Assembly: GCA_951406725.2 (NCBI GenBank)
Contig: OX597819.1
Location: 131,874,001 to 131,938,000 of the forward strand
Source of the DNA: Octopus vulgaris
Lineage: Eukaryota
Length of the DNA stretch: 64,000 nucleotides
Reading direction: 5' to 3'
The position numbers and the translations under genes are program-made. How positions within the stretch are numbered: the first letter of the stretch is position 1; each line of letters starts with the position of its first letter. A model generated the notes under the pieces. The model saw only the letters and a list, made by a program, of their open reading frames with translations. It did no database searches and had not been told where the DNA came from. This document shows positions 1 to 15,085 of this stretch, piece by piece.

Positions 1-844
1 GCAAAAGACGGAAATCAATATTTAGTTGTTGTTATTAATTAAGAAGGCAAGCTGGCAGAATTGTTAGCAATGCTGGGCAAAATGCTTGGCGGCATTTTTC
101 ACATCTTTACATTCTGAGTTCAAATTCCACTGGGGTCAACTTTGCCTTTCTTCCTTCTGGGGAGTCAATAAAAGGAGAACCAGTTGAAAACTGGGGGCCT
201 ATGTAATTGACTTCCCCCCACACACACACACACTCTCCTGAAATTGCTGGCCTTGTTTGAAACTTTGAAAGCATTTTGTGAGAAGAATCTGCAGATGTTG
301 TTTGATTACCTTTAAAAGTATGCAACCTAAAACTAAACAAACAACTGACTAATTTCAGAAAGAGAGTAATTAGGAAAATTAATTAATTTACATATCAAAT
401 AGATAGTAGAATAATTTCTTTAACCGTCAAAATATTTCATCAAAATACTGGATTCAAGAATATTACCAATTATGATCCTTCCCAAATGGCAATGGAAGAA
501 ATAGTTTAACGAAGCCGTGTCTAATTACACCAGAACAAGTAATTATCACAAATGAATCAAGATGCTAATTATACAACGTTGTTTCCCTATTTTCTCATGC
601 TTGTATGGCTCAGGTGAAATTTGTTGAGGTTTATCTTATAAGACCAGAAGCCCTTCTGTATTCAAGTCAGGTAATACTTCCTGTAGCCAGGTGGTTCTCA
701 ACTGGAGTCCATCTAACCTTTGGGGGTCCACACACGATTTTATTGTTAAAATTTACCTGCAATAAATTGTTTATACTTTTACAATACACAAAATATTAAA
801 AATAAATTTTTCTACAATTTCTAATATTATAATATAATAGGCTA

Positions 845-1450
845 CTAGTTAGTTAGTTAATTTGGCTCAAAAGCAAATAGCAAGGCCATGTAGGGGGACA
901 TGGAGTTAAGTACAGGGTGGTGTTCATGTAAAGAGTTCCAGCCACTTGAGGTCAAGGGAGGCTTTGAACAAAGCGGTCGTCAGCATCTTCACCATCTCGT
1001 CTGGCAGCTTGTTCCACGGATCCGCAACCCGGACGGAGAAAGCTCCTCTCCTTCGATTGAGATGAAATCATCGCAGATAGAGCTTTTCGGAATGACCCCG
1101 CAGCCAACGCTCTGGAGTAGCACTGAAGAACAGCTCTTTCGAGAGGTTACACTTTCCGCTTATGATGTTGTGGGCGAGAATGAGATCACCATGGCGGCGG
1201 CGGCGTTTTTCAAGAGAATAAAGGTTGAGCGTCCTCAGCCTTTCTTCATAGGACAAATTTTTGAGACCATGAACCATGCGGGTAGCCAGCTTCTGGACTC
1301 TTTCGAGATGCTGTATGTCTTTGAGGAGATAAGGAGAAGAGGCTTGAATCCCATACTCCAATATGGGTCTCACCAGCGTGACATAGAGTGGTAGGAATAT
1401 GGCTGCTGTGAGCATTCCGAATGACCGTCGAATCAAGAACAGGGTCCACC
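845..1450 (-). mobile_element. CR1/L2-clade LINE 3' fragment
   Basis: LYVTLVRPILEY..PYLLKDIQHLERVQKLATRMVHGLKNLSYEERLRTLNLYSLEKRRRR.GDLI and a (TAAC)n tail. Confidence 0.9.
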
Positions 1451-2123
1451 TGAGTAAATAGGAATCAAAAGGAGTCCATGGGTAGAAAATAGTGACTTTA
1501 AAATCACACAAAAGCCGGAAATTGTTTCCATGAAAAATAGCAAATGAACGGAACAGCTTGTCTGATGGAGATACTTATTGAGAACCATTGCAGGATGTCA
1601 AGACAGACACAAATATACGAACGAGCGAGCAAGTGAGTGAGAGCATTTACCAAATCCATTCACAAGGCTTTGGTCAGCTTTTAGGCTGTTACAGAAGACA
1701 ATGGACAGAAGTGCCACACAGTGGGACTGAACTTGAAACCATGTGGTTGGGAAACAAACCTATGAACCATACAGTCATGCCTGCACTTATTGATTTAGGC
1801 TTAGATTAAATATTCTTTACATAGTCATAGAGCCTCCAGATGGCTGGTTAAGAATCTTATGCCTTTGTGAAGGACATTATTGAAGAAACGATAACTTGCA
1901 TATTTATTCTCAAGAGATTCTGCCAAATTCAAACAAATTATTGAAGAAAATTATTCTAGCTAGCAGTTGAAACTATAGGTCAGTGATTGAAAGAACCAAA
2001 TTTCAGTAAAAACCATAATTAATTGGAATGAAGCTCATCCCATCCAGTGTGGAAGAGAAGATAAATTACAGAGGAGTCAACACTGTTGCTAAAGCAGTGT
2101 TAGCAGAGGGTGTCTTGCTTTAA

Positions 2124-2345
2124 CCCTTTCGTTACCAACCCGGCTGAAACCAGCTCTGGCTCTGGCTACAAATACCTTGTTTTCATTAAGTTCTGAATTA
2201 AAAACTTCCACCAAACCTTAGTCACACTTTATGTTCCTAACACTAGCTTAATGATAACTGAGTTATTTTACTAAATTCATTGTTATATTCAAAATGAATT
2301 GAAAGAAACACAGAACATCTCAACAGAAATATGGTAACAAGAGCT
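2124..2345. mobile_element. About 210-bp TTAA MITE (piggyBac-like)
   Basis: TTAA|CCCTTTCGTTACC end; reverse-complement match to 7819-8027 and 22379-22588. Confidence 0.7.
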
Positions 2346-4286
2346 TTCGGTAGCAATCTCAGCATATTAACTGTTAAATACTGGCATAGTTTATAAAAAA
2401 AATTAGGCATCGCTGTGTGGTAAGAAGCTTGCTTCTCAACCATATGGATCCGGGTTCAGTCTCACTGCATGACACCTTGGCCAAGAGCCTCAGGCTGACC
2501 AAAGCCTTGCGGGTGGGTTTAGTAGATGGAAACTTAAAGAGAGAGAGAGAGAGAGTGTGTGTGTGTGTGTGTGTGTCAACCTCTCCTGCCCCACCACTTG
2601 ACAATTGGTGCTGGTGTGTTTATGTCCCCATAACTTAGCGATTTGACAAAAGAAATTGATAAAGTACCAGGATTAAAAAGAAAAATACTGGGAGCGATTC
2701 ATTTGACTAAGAATTCTTCAAGGTGGTGCCCCGGCATGGCCACAGTCTAACGACTGAAACTAATAAAAGATGAAATTATTTCTTTCTTTGTTCCTTTTCA
2801 AGGAACCAACTTTCTGTGATTCCAACAAAGTTATTTTAAAGTTTGTTTAGCTTAATCCACTTTGGATTATCAGAGACAGGCAGACAGTTTAAAATCTGGA
2901 GGAAATTAAAAAAAAAAAAGGTAAAATGCTTCCAGTGAATCAGTAAGGAGACCAAAGTTATGAATAAATAGAATTTCACGGCAAATCTACTGATGTTGGA
3001 ACTTCAAAAACTGGAATGAAAAGGAAATGAGATTTTGAATCCTGATAAACACGAGAACAGCGAGCAAAACCTTGCATTTATTGCTGATCTGGTTTACAAT
3101 TTCATACCATCATCCAGTTCCACTTTGCATCCACCTACATAATCACAGTTACCGACACACCTGTTTCTCTTACACTGTCTGCATACCTTACCAAACAGCT
3201 ACCATCCTCTCTGGTCCTATCTCCATCTACCATAGACATTTAGTTTTATTAAAAAGAAACAGCTACAGTTACAGATTTACAACAAAAAAAAAACAAACAA
3301 AAAAAGAGATGTTTCTTTCTTTTTCTAACTATTTTCTCTTTTTTTTTTATGCTACCTGGAGTTAGAAGCAGTTGACTGTTGCAACAGATAGGTGGCTCTT
3401 TCACTCCTGGCTCTCTTTGCCTCACACCAAACTCAGCTTATGAGTTGTACTCATTTTCACATCTGTAAACTGAAAGTGATTTGGAGGAAAAACACAACAA
3501 TAAGCAATGGCTGTCAACACCTTCCCTGTGTCTGCCTATCCTAAAAGTCATTATTACCAACTCATCCTGATGCCACACCCAATGTATCATTTACAATGCC
3601 ACACCTAAAGCAATAACAATTATTGAAAAGGAATAGTTTATCAATAGGAGGAAGTGGATAGAATAATTGAAATTCCTAAAGTTTTAGGTAATGACTAAAG
3701 AATTTATGACAGTAGAAAAATTAACTCATTCTAGATATTTCACTAATTATAGAAAATAGAAATTTTAATACAGTACAAATTTGAAAAGTTTGGCCAAGAA
3801 AAATAAATGTGTTTAAACCTATCAATTTAAGAAAACAAGAAAAAACTAAATTCTTTTATATAATTGTTGTAAATATAACAGTTTGAAAGTTGTAAATAAC
3901 ATAAGTACAAAGATAAACACACACACACACACACACACAATAACAACAAGAAGTTGGCAAACTTCCACAAACCAGATTCCAAACAGCCTGCGAACCACTA
4001 CAAGTAGCAACAGATTACATAATAATCACTGAATTCTTAAAATATACTAAGAAAAAGAAAGAAGGAAAAAAGAGTGAAGATGAGCTAAGAACAGATGAAA
4101 ATCATAATTTATAGACAAAGATAAAAAAAAAAATGGAAAATAGGAAGATAGGCCCAGATGCAGAAACATGAAAGAATATATTTGTAAGCAAGATGGCGTT
4201 CTGAAAGAAATTAGAAATAGTTTTCTTTGAGCAGGCATGATGGATAACAATAGGCGAATGGGTTGAATATTTGTGTGTGTGTATAT

Positions 4287-4338
<52 letters not shown>

Positions 4339-4702
4339 CAATATCAGAGTATCAACCAGACCATCAACTGATGTTGTACACCGCTGATCACAATGTGCTT
4401 CCAATTCTGTCTTAATCTTTTCTATCTTGACCCAAATCACTTAACTAAATCACCTTCCCATCATCATGGAGGCCTTTCTCCATCTCCTGGATACCACTCG
4501 GCAACTGTACAAGTCCACCTCTTCTCAGGGAACCTTACAACATATCCAACTCAGTGGAACTTGGGCTTTCAGTATTGTGTGATCACATTTTTCACTCTAC
4601 TCAGTTCTTAAATTATCTCATTTGCAATTTGCTTTCGTAATCACATTTCTAGCCTGGATCGTTCCATGGCTCTTTGCATCATGGCCAATCAATGTTCCTA
4701 AA

Positions 4703-5100
4703 TGCAGGAGTGGCTGTGTGGTAAGTAGCTTGCTAACCAACCACATGGTTCCAGGTTCAGTCCCACTGCGTGGCATCTTGGGCAAGTGTCTTCTGCTATA
4801 GCCCCGGGCCGACCAATGCCTTGTGAGTGGATTTGGTAGACGGAAACTGAAAGAAGCCTGTCGTATATATGTATATATATTTATATATGTATGTGTGTGT
4901 GTTTGTGTTTGTCCCCCTAGCATTGCTTGACAACCAATGCTGGTGTGTTTACGTCCCCGTCACTTAGCGGTTCAGCAAAAGAGACCGATAGAATAAGTAC
5001 TGGGCTTACAAAGAATAAGTCCCGGGGTCGAGTTGCTCGACTAAAGGCGGTGCTCCAGCATGGCCGCAGTCAAATGACTGAAACAAGTAAAAGAGTAAAA
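4703..5100 (+). mobile_element. tRNA-derived SINE family B (CORE-like domain, internal TA/TG microsatellite); further copies at about 2406-2770(+), 8060-8440(-), 21610-21940(+), 50575-50935(-)
   Basis: A-box-like TGGCTGTGTGG, B-box-like GGTTCAGTCCC, TTGGGCAAGTGTCTT core, AAAAGAGT tail; multiple copies in the window. Confidence 0.8.
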
Positions 5101-5185
5101 GTATCTAAATCTGAATTAATTGCACCAGACTTAAAAGCTTCGTGGGTGAATAGGACAGCTTGATCTCATCAGAAGATCTACCTCC

Positions 5186-5580
5186 AAATATGGACCTTTG
5201 TGCCCACACAACTGCAAGTCCTGTCCAACTGAACCACAATGTTCAGCATCATCATTTAACGTCTGTTGTCCATGCTGGCATGAGTTGGACGGTTTGACCA
5301 GGGCTGGTAAGCTGGAAGTCTGCACCAGACACCAGTCTCATTTGGTTTTCTACAGCTGAATGCTCTTCCTAACGCCAACCACTCCAAGAGTGTAATGGGT
5401 GTTTTATGTGCCACGAGCATGAGTGCCATTTGCGTGACACTGGTATCTGCCACGACTGAGTTTGCTTGGCTTCATGGGTCTTCTTCTCAAGCACAACACA
5501 ATGGCAAAGGTCTCGGCCATTGCTTCTGTGAGGCCCAACACCCAAAAGGAACATAACCACTTTGCCTCCATGAGACCCAA
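5186..5580 (-). mobile_element. RTE LINE 3' fragment
   Basis: LGLTEAMAETFAIVLCLRRR-like ORF end plus the family 3' UTR and tail. Confidence 0.75.
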
Positions 5581-7818
5581 TACATTTAACATTTAACTAC
5601 TACCAAATGTGTTGAGTGTTATTTCCTCTCATTTGTTCATCCACTTGTGTGTGTGTGCGTGTCATGCAAGCATGGAGAGGAAAAGTGGATGTTAATGGGG
5701 GAAAACAATGACACCCCCCACACACACGCATATACAAAATGACTGATGATACTTTGAAGCTTAAAAAAGTACAACTGGAGATTAATATACGCACAGCAGA
5801 TAAGGAGGTGTTGGAGTTGAGGTTAAAGAGGATGGTCTTTAAAAATAGACCCACCAATAAATACGAGCCCCCACCCCCCTCCTTTTGATGAATGCTTATT
5901 TGACATAGGGACAGGAGATGACTCACCTTTGATGAACAGTTACTGGTGACTAAAAATATGACAGTTATTATGGCCGCTCAATATTGTATGCACAATGGAC
6001 ACGGGGAAATAAGCTTAATTAGATAATTAAAAATCCACTTTTAAAATACTACAGTTTTTGTTTTTAAAAATCCATCTTGTCCACGTTCACTAAATGTTGG
6101 ATGGGATTGTGTTCTGTGTTGGGAGATTCCTGGAAACTTGTCTATTAAAAGTGAACTGAACAAGGGTTGAAATTGTTTTTTTTTAATTTGTTCCCCAACT
6201 GAGTTCATTGAAGCAAGTAGAATAATGTTTTGCTTGAACTCAAGACCTTTACACCACCATAATTACATATTTTATATAAGGGAAGTGTAGAGACGTGATT
6301 ATGTAGGAAATCTACCCACCAAATAAACTCACCCACCCACCCTTCCCGATCCTCTGTCCACATTCTCTCTTAAACTCACCTTCCTGTTTCTTGAGAGTAC
6401 TCTCTGACACTAGCCTCACGTTGACCAAAGCTTTGGAGTATATTTGCTTGATGGACATTGAAACGAGTCAATTGTGTGTGTGTGTGTGTGTGTGTGTGTA
6501 CATAGGTGTGTGCGTGCATGTGTATCTGTTTGTGTCACCTTGGACGGCCAGTTGAAATTTCTTTCCAAAGTCCATTCTGCAAGGTTGCAGTATGCAGAGT
6601 GGGATGTTTTACAAGTTTCCATCATAGAAATATTGTGTGAATATTGTATAAATATTTTTCAAATTTACTTCGTTTTTACTTTTTATGTGTAATTTTAATT
6701 TACCTGTAATTTTAGTTTGCCTGTAAGGTGAGTGACAAGTTTTGATTTAATTTCTATTGTAAATATTACATATGTTCTTGTATATTCATATACATGTGTG
6801 AGTATATTTCATTTAGTTGATGTGTTTAATTTTCTAGTTTTCTTCAAAAACTGATTCCAGTATTTCAGTTTATTTTACCTTTATGGTACACCTGTTCTTA
6901 TGTGCATTAAATTCTTCTATATTAAAATGTTGCTGCACACCCAATTGAATATTAGCTGATGACTATCTATGATGCTGTTTAAACAAAATTTTAATATTTT
7001 TATATTTTGCTCAGTTTACCTGTATTTACCTGTAATTAGAGTTACTTTGGAGACAAAAGTTATGCAATAGAATTGATTAAGAATCTTTTCTTTAATTATG
7101 TTCCAAATATCACATTAATATGTTAAGTAAAAAAAGTTACAGTTGTTTAATGAAACTAGTCTAAATTCATGATTATTTCAGAATTTAATTGAAACTCATG
7201 AGGGGTGATTTTGGTCAGAAATATAGTAAGGAAAGGGTTAATATCACAAATGTCATTGTCAAACAAGCACCATCATTCCTTTCCAATCTTTCATGAAAAT
7301 ATGCTTGGAAATAGGTAAGTGTTGGTGACAGGAAGGTCATCCAGCTGTAGAAAATCTGCCTCATTGAATTCCCTCCAACCCATGCAAGCAAAGGAAAGTA
7401 GATGATGATGAAGTCTTTTATACAGACTTAAATTCAAAGCTCCAGCTGGCCTGGTAACATACAAATATAAGATGTTGATTTCAGATTTTGGCACAAGGCC
7501 AGCCGTTTTGGAGGAAAGGGCAAGTCGCTTACATCAACCCCAGTACACAACTGGTACTTATTTTATTGACCCCGAAAGGGAATGAGAGACAAAGTCAACC
7601 TCAGTGGCATTTGAACTCAGAACGTAAAGACGGACAAAACGCTGCCAAGCATTTTTTCTCCAGGGTGCTAATGATTCTGCCAGCTCAACGCCCTAAATAC
7701 AAATATAAAGCATAAAAATCAATTTAGGCTACAGTTGCTTTACCCCTTCCAATAACCCCTTCAAGATCCCCAGCAGTTAGGGGTTCATATTTAAATTAGA
7801 TTACATAAATGACACTAA

Positions 7819-8027
7819 CCCTTTTGTTACCGTATTTATTTTGAGATGCTCTGTGTTTCTTTCAATTACTTTAAATATAACAAAGAATTTGGTTATCATT
7901 CAGCTAGTGTTAGGAACATAAATTGTGACTTAAGGTTTGGTGGAAGATTTTAATTCAGAACTTATGAAAACAAGAGAGTTGCACTACAGAGCCAGAGGCG
8001 GTTTCAGCCAGGTTGGTCACGAAAGGG
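7819..8027. mobile_element. About 210-bp TTAA MITE (piggyBac-like)
   Basis: CCCTTTTGTTACC ... GGTCACGAAAGGG|TTAA terminal inverted repeats. Confidence 0.75.
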
Positions 8028-9064
8028 TTAAGCATTTCAGCCAGTGGCTCTGGACCAGCCTGTCCCCTATCTTTTACTCGTTTCAGTCACTAGACTGCAA
8101 CCATGTTGGGGCACCATCTTGATGGGTTTAGTTCAAACAGATTGACACCAGTTTTTGTTTTTCTCAAGGTCAGGTACTTATTCTACCAGAATCTCTTGCT
8201 GAATTGCTAAGTGATAGGGATGTCAACAAACCAACATCAGTTGGCAAGTGGAGCAGGGGGAGAAACACCACACACACACAGTGGGCTTCCATACAATATC
8301 ATCCACAAATCAAATTCACTCTGTGAGATATTGGTCATCCTGGAACTATAGAAGAATCCACTTGCCAAAAGTACTGCCAAAGATAGGATTGAACTCCAAA
8401 CTGTGTGGTTGCAAAATAAGCTTCTTAACTGCACAGCCCTGCCTGCAATCCAGATCAATCCAGCCTGAAAGGAGGATTTTCAATGGCAAGTCTGGGACTG
8501 AACCCACAACACTAGCATTTAAGAGTCCTGCTCAAACTGCCTGAGCCATTATGAGCCATTATGGCAAAGATTTGTCTTTAATCAAGATGAAATCTGAACA
8601 CCAGTACAACATACAGTCATCGTTGTTTTTTCAACATCCATTTTGCCATGGGTCACATTGAGTTTATTGAGGCAGATTTTCTACAGTCGAATGCTCTTCC
8701 TGTTGCCAACCCTCACCAGTTTCCAACTAATTCAATAATTTCTCCATGGAAGACTGGAAGCAAATTACATCACTTGTATGATGGTTATGCTCATTTATAA
8801 TCACCACATGATGGCAAAACAAGGCCACACACACATTAAGTACCAAATCCACTTGCAAGGCTCTTATCAATCCAATGCTGTAGAAGGCTTTTGCCCAAGG
8901 TGCCACACAATGGGACTGAACCCAAAACAAGCTTCTTAACCACACAGCCATGCCTGTACCAATAACTATAAAATTGCCAGACAAGTCTAAAATTTACCTT
9001 ACTCTGAATATTAAATTGATCACAAAAACATGCAGCTCCTTTTGGAATAATAACTATTCTAACA

Positions 9065-9480
9065 ATCATCATCATCGTTTAATGTCAGCTTTCCGTGCTA
9101 GCATGGAATGGACGGTTCAACCAGGGTCTGGGAAGCCAGGGAGCTGCACCAAGCTCCAGTCTGATCTGGCAATGTTTCTACAGCTGGATGCCCTTCACCA
9201 CGCCAACCACTCCGTGAGTGTAGTGGGTGCTTTTTACGTGCCACCAGTACAGGGGCCAGAGGAAGATGGAAACAGCCATGATCAGTTGGTGCTTTTTACG
9301 TGCCACTGGCACAGAAGCCAGTCAAGGCGGCACTGGCATTGGCCACGTTCGGATGGTGCTTTTTACGTGCCACTGGCACAGGTATCACAACTACAATTTC
9401 CATTTGATATTTATTTTGATGTTGATGTACTTGACTCAATAGGTCTCCTCAAGCACAGCAGGTCGTTCTGCAATCCAAGG
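9065..9480 (-). mobile_element. RTE LINE 3' UTR fragment
   Basis: Matches 43433-43760, including the (GAT)n tail and GGTGCTTTTTACGTGCCAC units. Confidence 0.8.
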
Positions 9481-10070
9481 TAATTTGGATGGGCTGGGGC
9501 TCTGCGAAACTCGAGCAGGAAGCAGCCATGAACTCACATTATGTACAATAAGTAAATATATTAATTTTTAAATTCCTACCCAAACTGTTATGTAAGCCTG
9601 ATGTGGGAATCCTAAGTTAGCTGCTTCTATGAACTCCTGATTCTAAAAGAGACCCAAAATAGCTGCCGATAGATTCATTACGCCTCTCTAGGTTTTATGA
9701 CATAAATAACTATTTCACAATCTCAGTAGGTTTTTTTGCTTTTTGTTTTTATGATGCAAAGCTGATCTACCAAGAACGTAATAATGAGATCTGAACCGTT
9801 CTCCTACAGCTATTATCTATGCTCTGCCTGACAACACATTTCAATCCTACACTGTATTCCAGTAGTAAAATGTAGGAAAGATTTGCAGCAATTACTTCAA
9901 CAATATGCAGCTGTGGAAATTTATATTCTATGTCTGCTAGCAGAACATGAATGAAAAACCAAGAAAATCAACAAAAATGGCAAAGTGTGATTCTGCAGTT
10001 CTTTTCTGTGTTTCTACAGAATGTCTTTCCCTCTTTATACTTGGCATTTTAACAGTGCATTTCATAGTTC

Positions 10071-10107
<37 letters not shown>

Positions 10108-10951
10108 ATATACATACACACACATATCAAAATTCCCTATGGCCTATTCACATACACACTGAGAGAGAAAACATAAAAACTCTATTTTGAAGCAACTTCC
10201 ATAGATTTGGCAGACAACTATATTTTTGTGATATCTTTTTTTTTTTTATCGTCAAGTTTTGATGGTATAATACCAGACACCCCCTTACCACCCACCAAAA
10301 AAAATTTTCCAGCCCTTAAATTCCAAATATTCTAAACAAATGAACACAATATTTTTTTTTTTTTAGAGAGAGAGAGATTAATTTCCAGAAAAACACTGGA
10401 TTGGAAGAGAAAAATGAATTTATAAACACACTTGAAGATGTGAATATTAAGACAGGCCAATGTGAACGATTGATGATTGTAAGAGAAAAAACTAAAATAA
10501 AGCAAAATGAAAGCAAAACGATGAAATTAGTAGAATCTTTTTTTTTCATAATGATGAACCGAACAATCCTTTATGTTGCTTCTCTGCTGCAGTCGGGGTT
10601 TTGATAATAGGTTTTAGATTTCATTAACCACACAGAGGAGGGGGTCGAATTACTTATTTCCGATCCAGTCATAAATACTTCAGTTTCCAGTCTTCAGTAC
10701 ACAAGCAATTACTCACAAGCTTCATTAATCATCGTTAGTTTTTCTTTCTTTCTTTCTCTCTTTCCCGATAATGTTGGTCACCATCAATTTCAAAATGTCC
10801 CCTTGGGTCCACTGGAAGTAGTCTCTCCTGCTTCAAAGTAATTATTCCATGACTGGAATTTCACAATTATTTGGCTTGGAGTTCAGTCCTACAGCACAGT
10901 GCCTTGGCCACTCGACTGACCAATGGATTAAGAAACTATATAGAAGCCTCT

Positions 10952-12170
10952 CATATACATACATATAGATCATTTATACACACACACATACATATAGATC
11001 ATTTATACGCACACACACATATAGATCATTTATACACACATACATACGTATAGATCATTTATACACACACACACATACATAGATCACCATTTATACACAC
11101 ACACATACATATAGATCATTTATACACACACACACATATAGATCATTTATACACACACACACATATAGATCATTTATACACACATACATACGTATAGATC
11201 ATTTATACACACATACATACGTATAGATCATTTATACACACACACATACATATAGATCATTTATACACACACACACATACATAGATCACCATTTATACAC
11301 ACATACATATAGATCATTTATACACACACACACATAGATCATCATTTATACACACACACATACATATAGATCATCATTTATACACACACACATACATATA
11401 GATCATTTATACACACACACACATATAGATCATTTATACACACACGTATAGATCGTTTATACACACACACACATACATAGATCACCATTTATACACACAC
11501 ACACATACATAGATCATTTATACACACACACACACATAGATCATCATTTATACACACACACATACATATAGATCATCATTTATATACACACACATACATA
11601 CATATAGATCATCATTTATACACACACATACATACATATAGATCATCATTTATACACACACACATACATACATATAGATCATCATTTATACACACACACA
11701 TACATATAGATCATCATTTATACACACACACACACACATAGATCATCATTTATACACACACACATACATATAGATCATCATTTATACACACACACACACA
11801 GATCATCATTTATACACACACACACATACATATAGATCATTTATACACACACACACACATATAGCTCATCATTTATACACACACACACACATATAGCTCA
11901 TCATTTATACACACACACATACATACATATAGATCATCACTTATATACACACACACACACATAGATCATCATTTATACACACACACACACATAGATCATC
12001 ATTTATACACACACACATACATATAGATCATCATTTATACACACACACACACAGATCATCATTTATACACACACACACACAGATCATCATTTATACACAC
12101 ACACACATACATATAGATCATTTATACACACACACACACATATAGCTCATCATTTATACACACACACACA
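10952..12170. repeat. Compound minisatellite: ATAGATC(ATC)ATTTATA core plus variable (CA)n, roughly 45 units of 20-32 bp
   Basis: Directly visible tandem array. Confidence 0.97.
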
Positions 12171-15010
12171 GTAAAGCAGTTGGCATAGCAAAGGGCATCC
12201 AAAGCAGCCGGTGGGTGCGCTTCGTCTGGGCTCACCAGCTTCAAACCAGCCAACCAATGCCAGCTTGGAAAATGGATGTTAAATGATAACACACACACAC
12301 ATGCGTGTATGTGTCTGTTTCCCCATCACTTGACAACTGGTGTTGGTTTGTTTGCATCCCCATAACTTAGCGATTCAGCAAAAGAGACTGATCGAATAAG
12401 TGCATGGACTGAAGAAGAATATGTACCGAGCTCATTTATTCAAGGCAGTGCTGCAGCTTGGCCACAGTCTAATGACTGAAACAAATGAAAGATAAAAGAA
12501 GAGAGTGTTGACGTTAGCATCAGTAACAACTGGTGCCAACCCGAAAGAGCAGTGGCGCCAGGTCAGTTGGATGCAAAAGAAGACATGTCTGATGACCCAG
12601 TGCTTCTAATGACACATGTACTCTCTCACACACACAACACACCACTCCGTAGTATTTTAGTCACATATTATATATATTGGTGAACTATTTGTTTTAAGGC
12701 CTCTCCCTTACATATTTCACCCATCACTTGCGTCACCTACACTAACTCACTCCCACCAGCACAAATGACAAAATGATTAATTAAATAAATTATCAACCCA
12801 TTAAATTATACCTAATCAACAACATAAATACTAATTAGCTAGCTCAATTATATATTATTGTTGTTAGACTAAGAGCCATGATCATAATAAGCACAAATAA
12901 ACAAAAAAGAAAAAAGGACAAAATTTATATGAAACAGACCATTTTTCTAGGCCTTTCACAACTGCACACAATGTTAAATCAATTTCCCAGAGCTAAAAAC
13001 AAACAGAAATTGATAAAACTAGCCAAACTCCACTTATTTTTTCTTGAATAGATTTTCCATCCCAGCAAGAGAGTGTCTGACTTTGACGAGGCATATAATA
13101 ATAATAATAATAATAAAAAGCCAAAGAAAAATTTGCTCTCTGATAAGCACCGACTAGAAGCAAGTAAGGAAATGAAAAGTAAGCTTACAGTGTTTCTCAA
13201 AACAACTAATTTTAGATCACTGACATAACTCTGCCTGTGAAAGAAAATTATTCAAGATGGTCTCTAGTAATGAGGTGGGCGAGGTGCAATTAGAAACAGG
13301 TCAGTGAAAAGTAAACCGACAATAAATTACTAAATAGCACCATCATTTAGCATCTATTTCCCATGCTGGCATGAATTGGAGAGTTTGGCTGGAGGTGGCA
13401 AGGCCAGAGAGCGGCAATTGTCTGTTTTGGCACAGTTTCTGTGGCTGGGTGTCCTTCTCAATGCCAACCCCTTTAAGAGGGTGGACTGGCTACTTTTTTT
13501 ATGTAGCACCAGTAGAACACATTAAACCGGTTTCAATGGTTAATACATAAACATTAAAAAACATTAATTTTAATTCTGTATAAAATATTGAGCACTTCAT
13601 AGATCTAATTTCAATTCTAAACGCTATTTTCGATTTCTTGACATCATCATCATTTACCATCTGCTTTCCAGACAGCCATGGATTGGAGAGTTTGACAGTA
13701 TCCAATGAGTTGCAGAGCTACACTGATTCTCAATGTCAGCTTCAACATGGTTTCTACAACTGGATGCCTTTCCTAATACGAACCACTTTACAGAATGTAC
13801 TCGATTACTTTTTACAGGGCACCGGCACCAGAGAGGTGACCATGAAACATGCAAGAGAGAAAAAGAACAGGAATGGTGGGAGGTCTTTTTATGTTGAGAA
13901 TCTAAAGTCTAAGGAGATGATAGAGATGGGGAGCTGGATAAACTCTCTAGGTACAAGAACATGAGCAAAAGAGAGGAGGTGGACAGTGGATTCGGGAGAC
14001 AGCTGTTTGGAGATGGGGGTGGGGGATGGAGGTGAATGTAACAAATGATGAACAAAGGTGGAAGTGATGAGAAATAATATGGAATGAAGGGAAGATGAGA
14101 AAGTAGGGAGATGCTGTGCAAGATGGAGGAGCAGTGGAAAGGGAGATGTTGAGGTTCAGAAGGGTGGCTATAGCGAGTGGGCTGGCACAGTCGATATGAA
14201 AGGGTATCAGTTCACAAATGATTTACCAAATTTCACGATCTAATTAGAATAACCCACCATATCCATCAACTTATGGTTTTGTTAGACCAATGAAGGGAAC
14301 TGGCAACATTTGGGGTTCTTAACCTGGAATATCCACCCACATCTCCTGACAGGATTCAGAGAATCTTGCATTGTCCTCTATAACAAAATCTTTAGAATTT
14401 CTTTTCTGCTCTTTCCAAAGTACAACCAAATTTTTGCTATCTCTAATGACAGTCAGTGGTGAGGCTGGTGTTTTCTATGGATTACTGTGTGATACGAGCA
14501 CATGTGGCCTATTAAAAACCTGCTCCACATAATCACTTAACCTTCGAGAAATAACAGCTAACACTCCCTCAAATCACACTTTCCTATCTGAAAAATGAAC
14601 ACACAGAATGTAGCCTTCAGTACGTGAAATTATTTTTTCTACGTGGGTTCTGGACCCCATTTGCATACAGCCAATCAGAGCTCAACTACCAAACTAATTC
14701 ATGAGCACACAACAAGTGATGGGCAATAAGATAAGGTCACTTGGCTAAGGAATGACCACGCTTCTTTTCTCTTTTAAGAATGCTGGTGTTCTTGTTCTTG
14801 GCTGCCTCTGCATAATTGTTTGCGTTGATTACTTTGTAAAAGAGTAAGGGGAGGGGGTTGCTAGCACATCGCCCTCTACCCACATTTTTCCCATCCGCAT
14901 CTTTACCATATGGGGCCCCAACAGAATCCGATAATGGGTATAGACGCAAATCTATCTAATTACTTGTCTCCTTCTAAAATCATGCAGAACTTGGCCATCG
15001 GTCGACTTAC

Positions 15011-15085
15011 AACACTGTTCTTCGCCTCGAGTTTACTTGACAAGGTCGAGGTGAGCTGTGATTGGCAGTATGCAATTGAGTTCAT
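15011..15085 (-). CDS. Candidate first coding exon of an unidentified minus-strand gene (MNSIAYCQSQLTSTLSSKLEAKNSV)
   Basis: ATG, 25 open codons and a GTAAGT donor in phase 0. Unique sequence downstream of a GC/CCAAT-containing segment at about 15640-15660. No homology recognised. Confidence 0.35.

Noticed and set aside
310-326. 17-nt minus-strand microexon (TTTTAG|..AAG|GTAATC)
   Set aside because: It has a stop in phase 0 and lies beside a SINE; splice signals alone are too weak to support it.
900-1394. 164-aa plus-strand ORF
   Set aside because: Antisense of the CR1 LINE reading frame.
5130-5180. Second CTGATGAG..CGAA motif on the minus strand
   Set aside because: No stem II pairing and no GAAAC/NUH arrangement, so not a hammerhead.
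10952-12170. CRISPR-like array (constant core with variable spacers)
   Set aside because: The spacers are only (CA)n length variants, the context is eukaryotic and there are no cas genes; it is a minisatellite.
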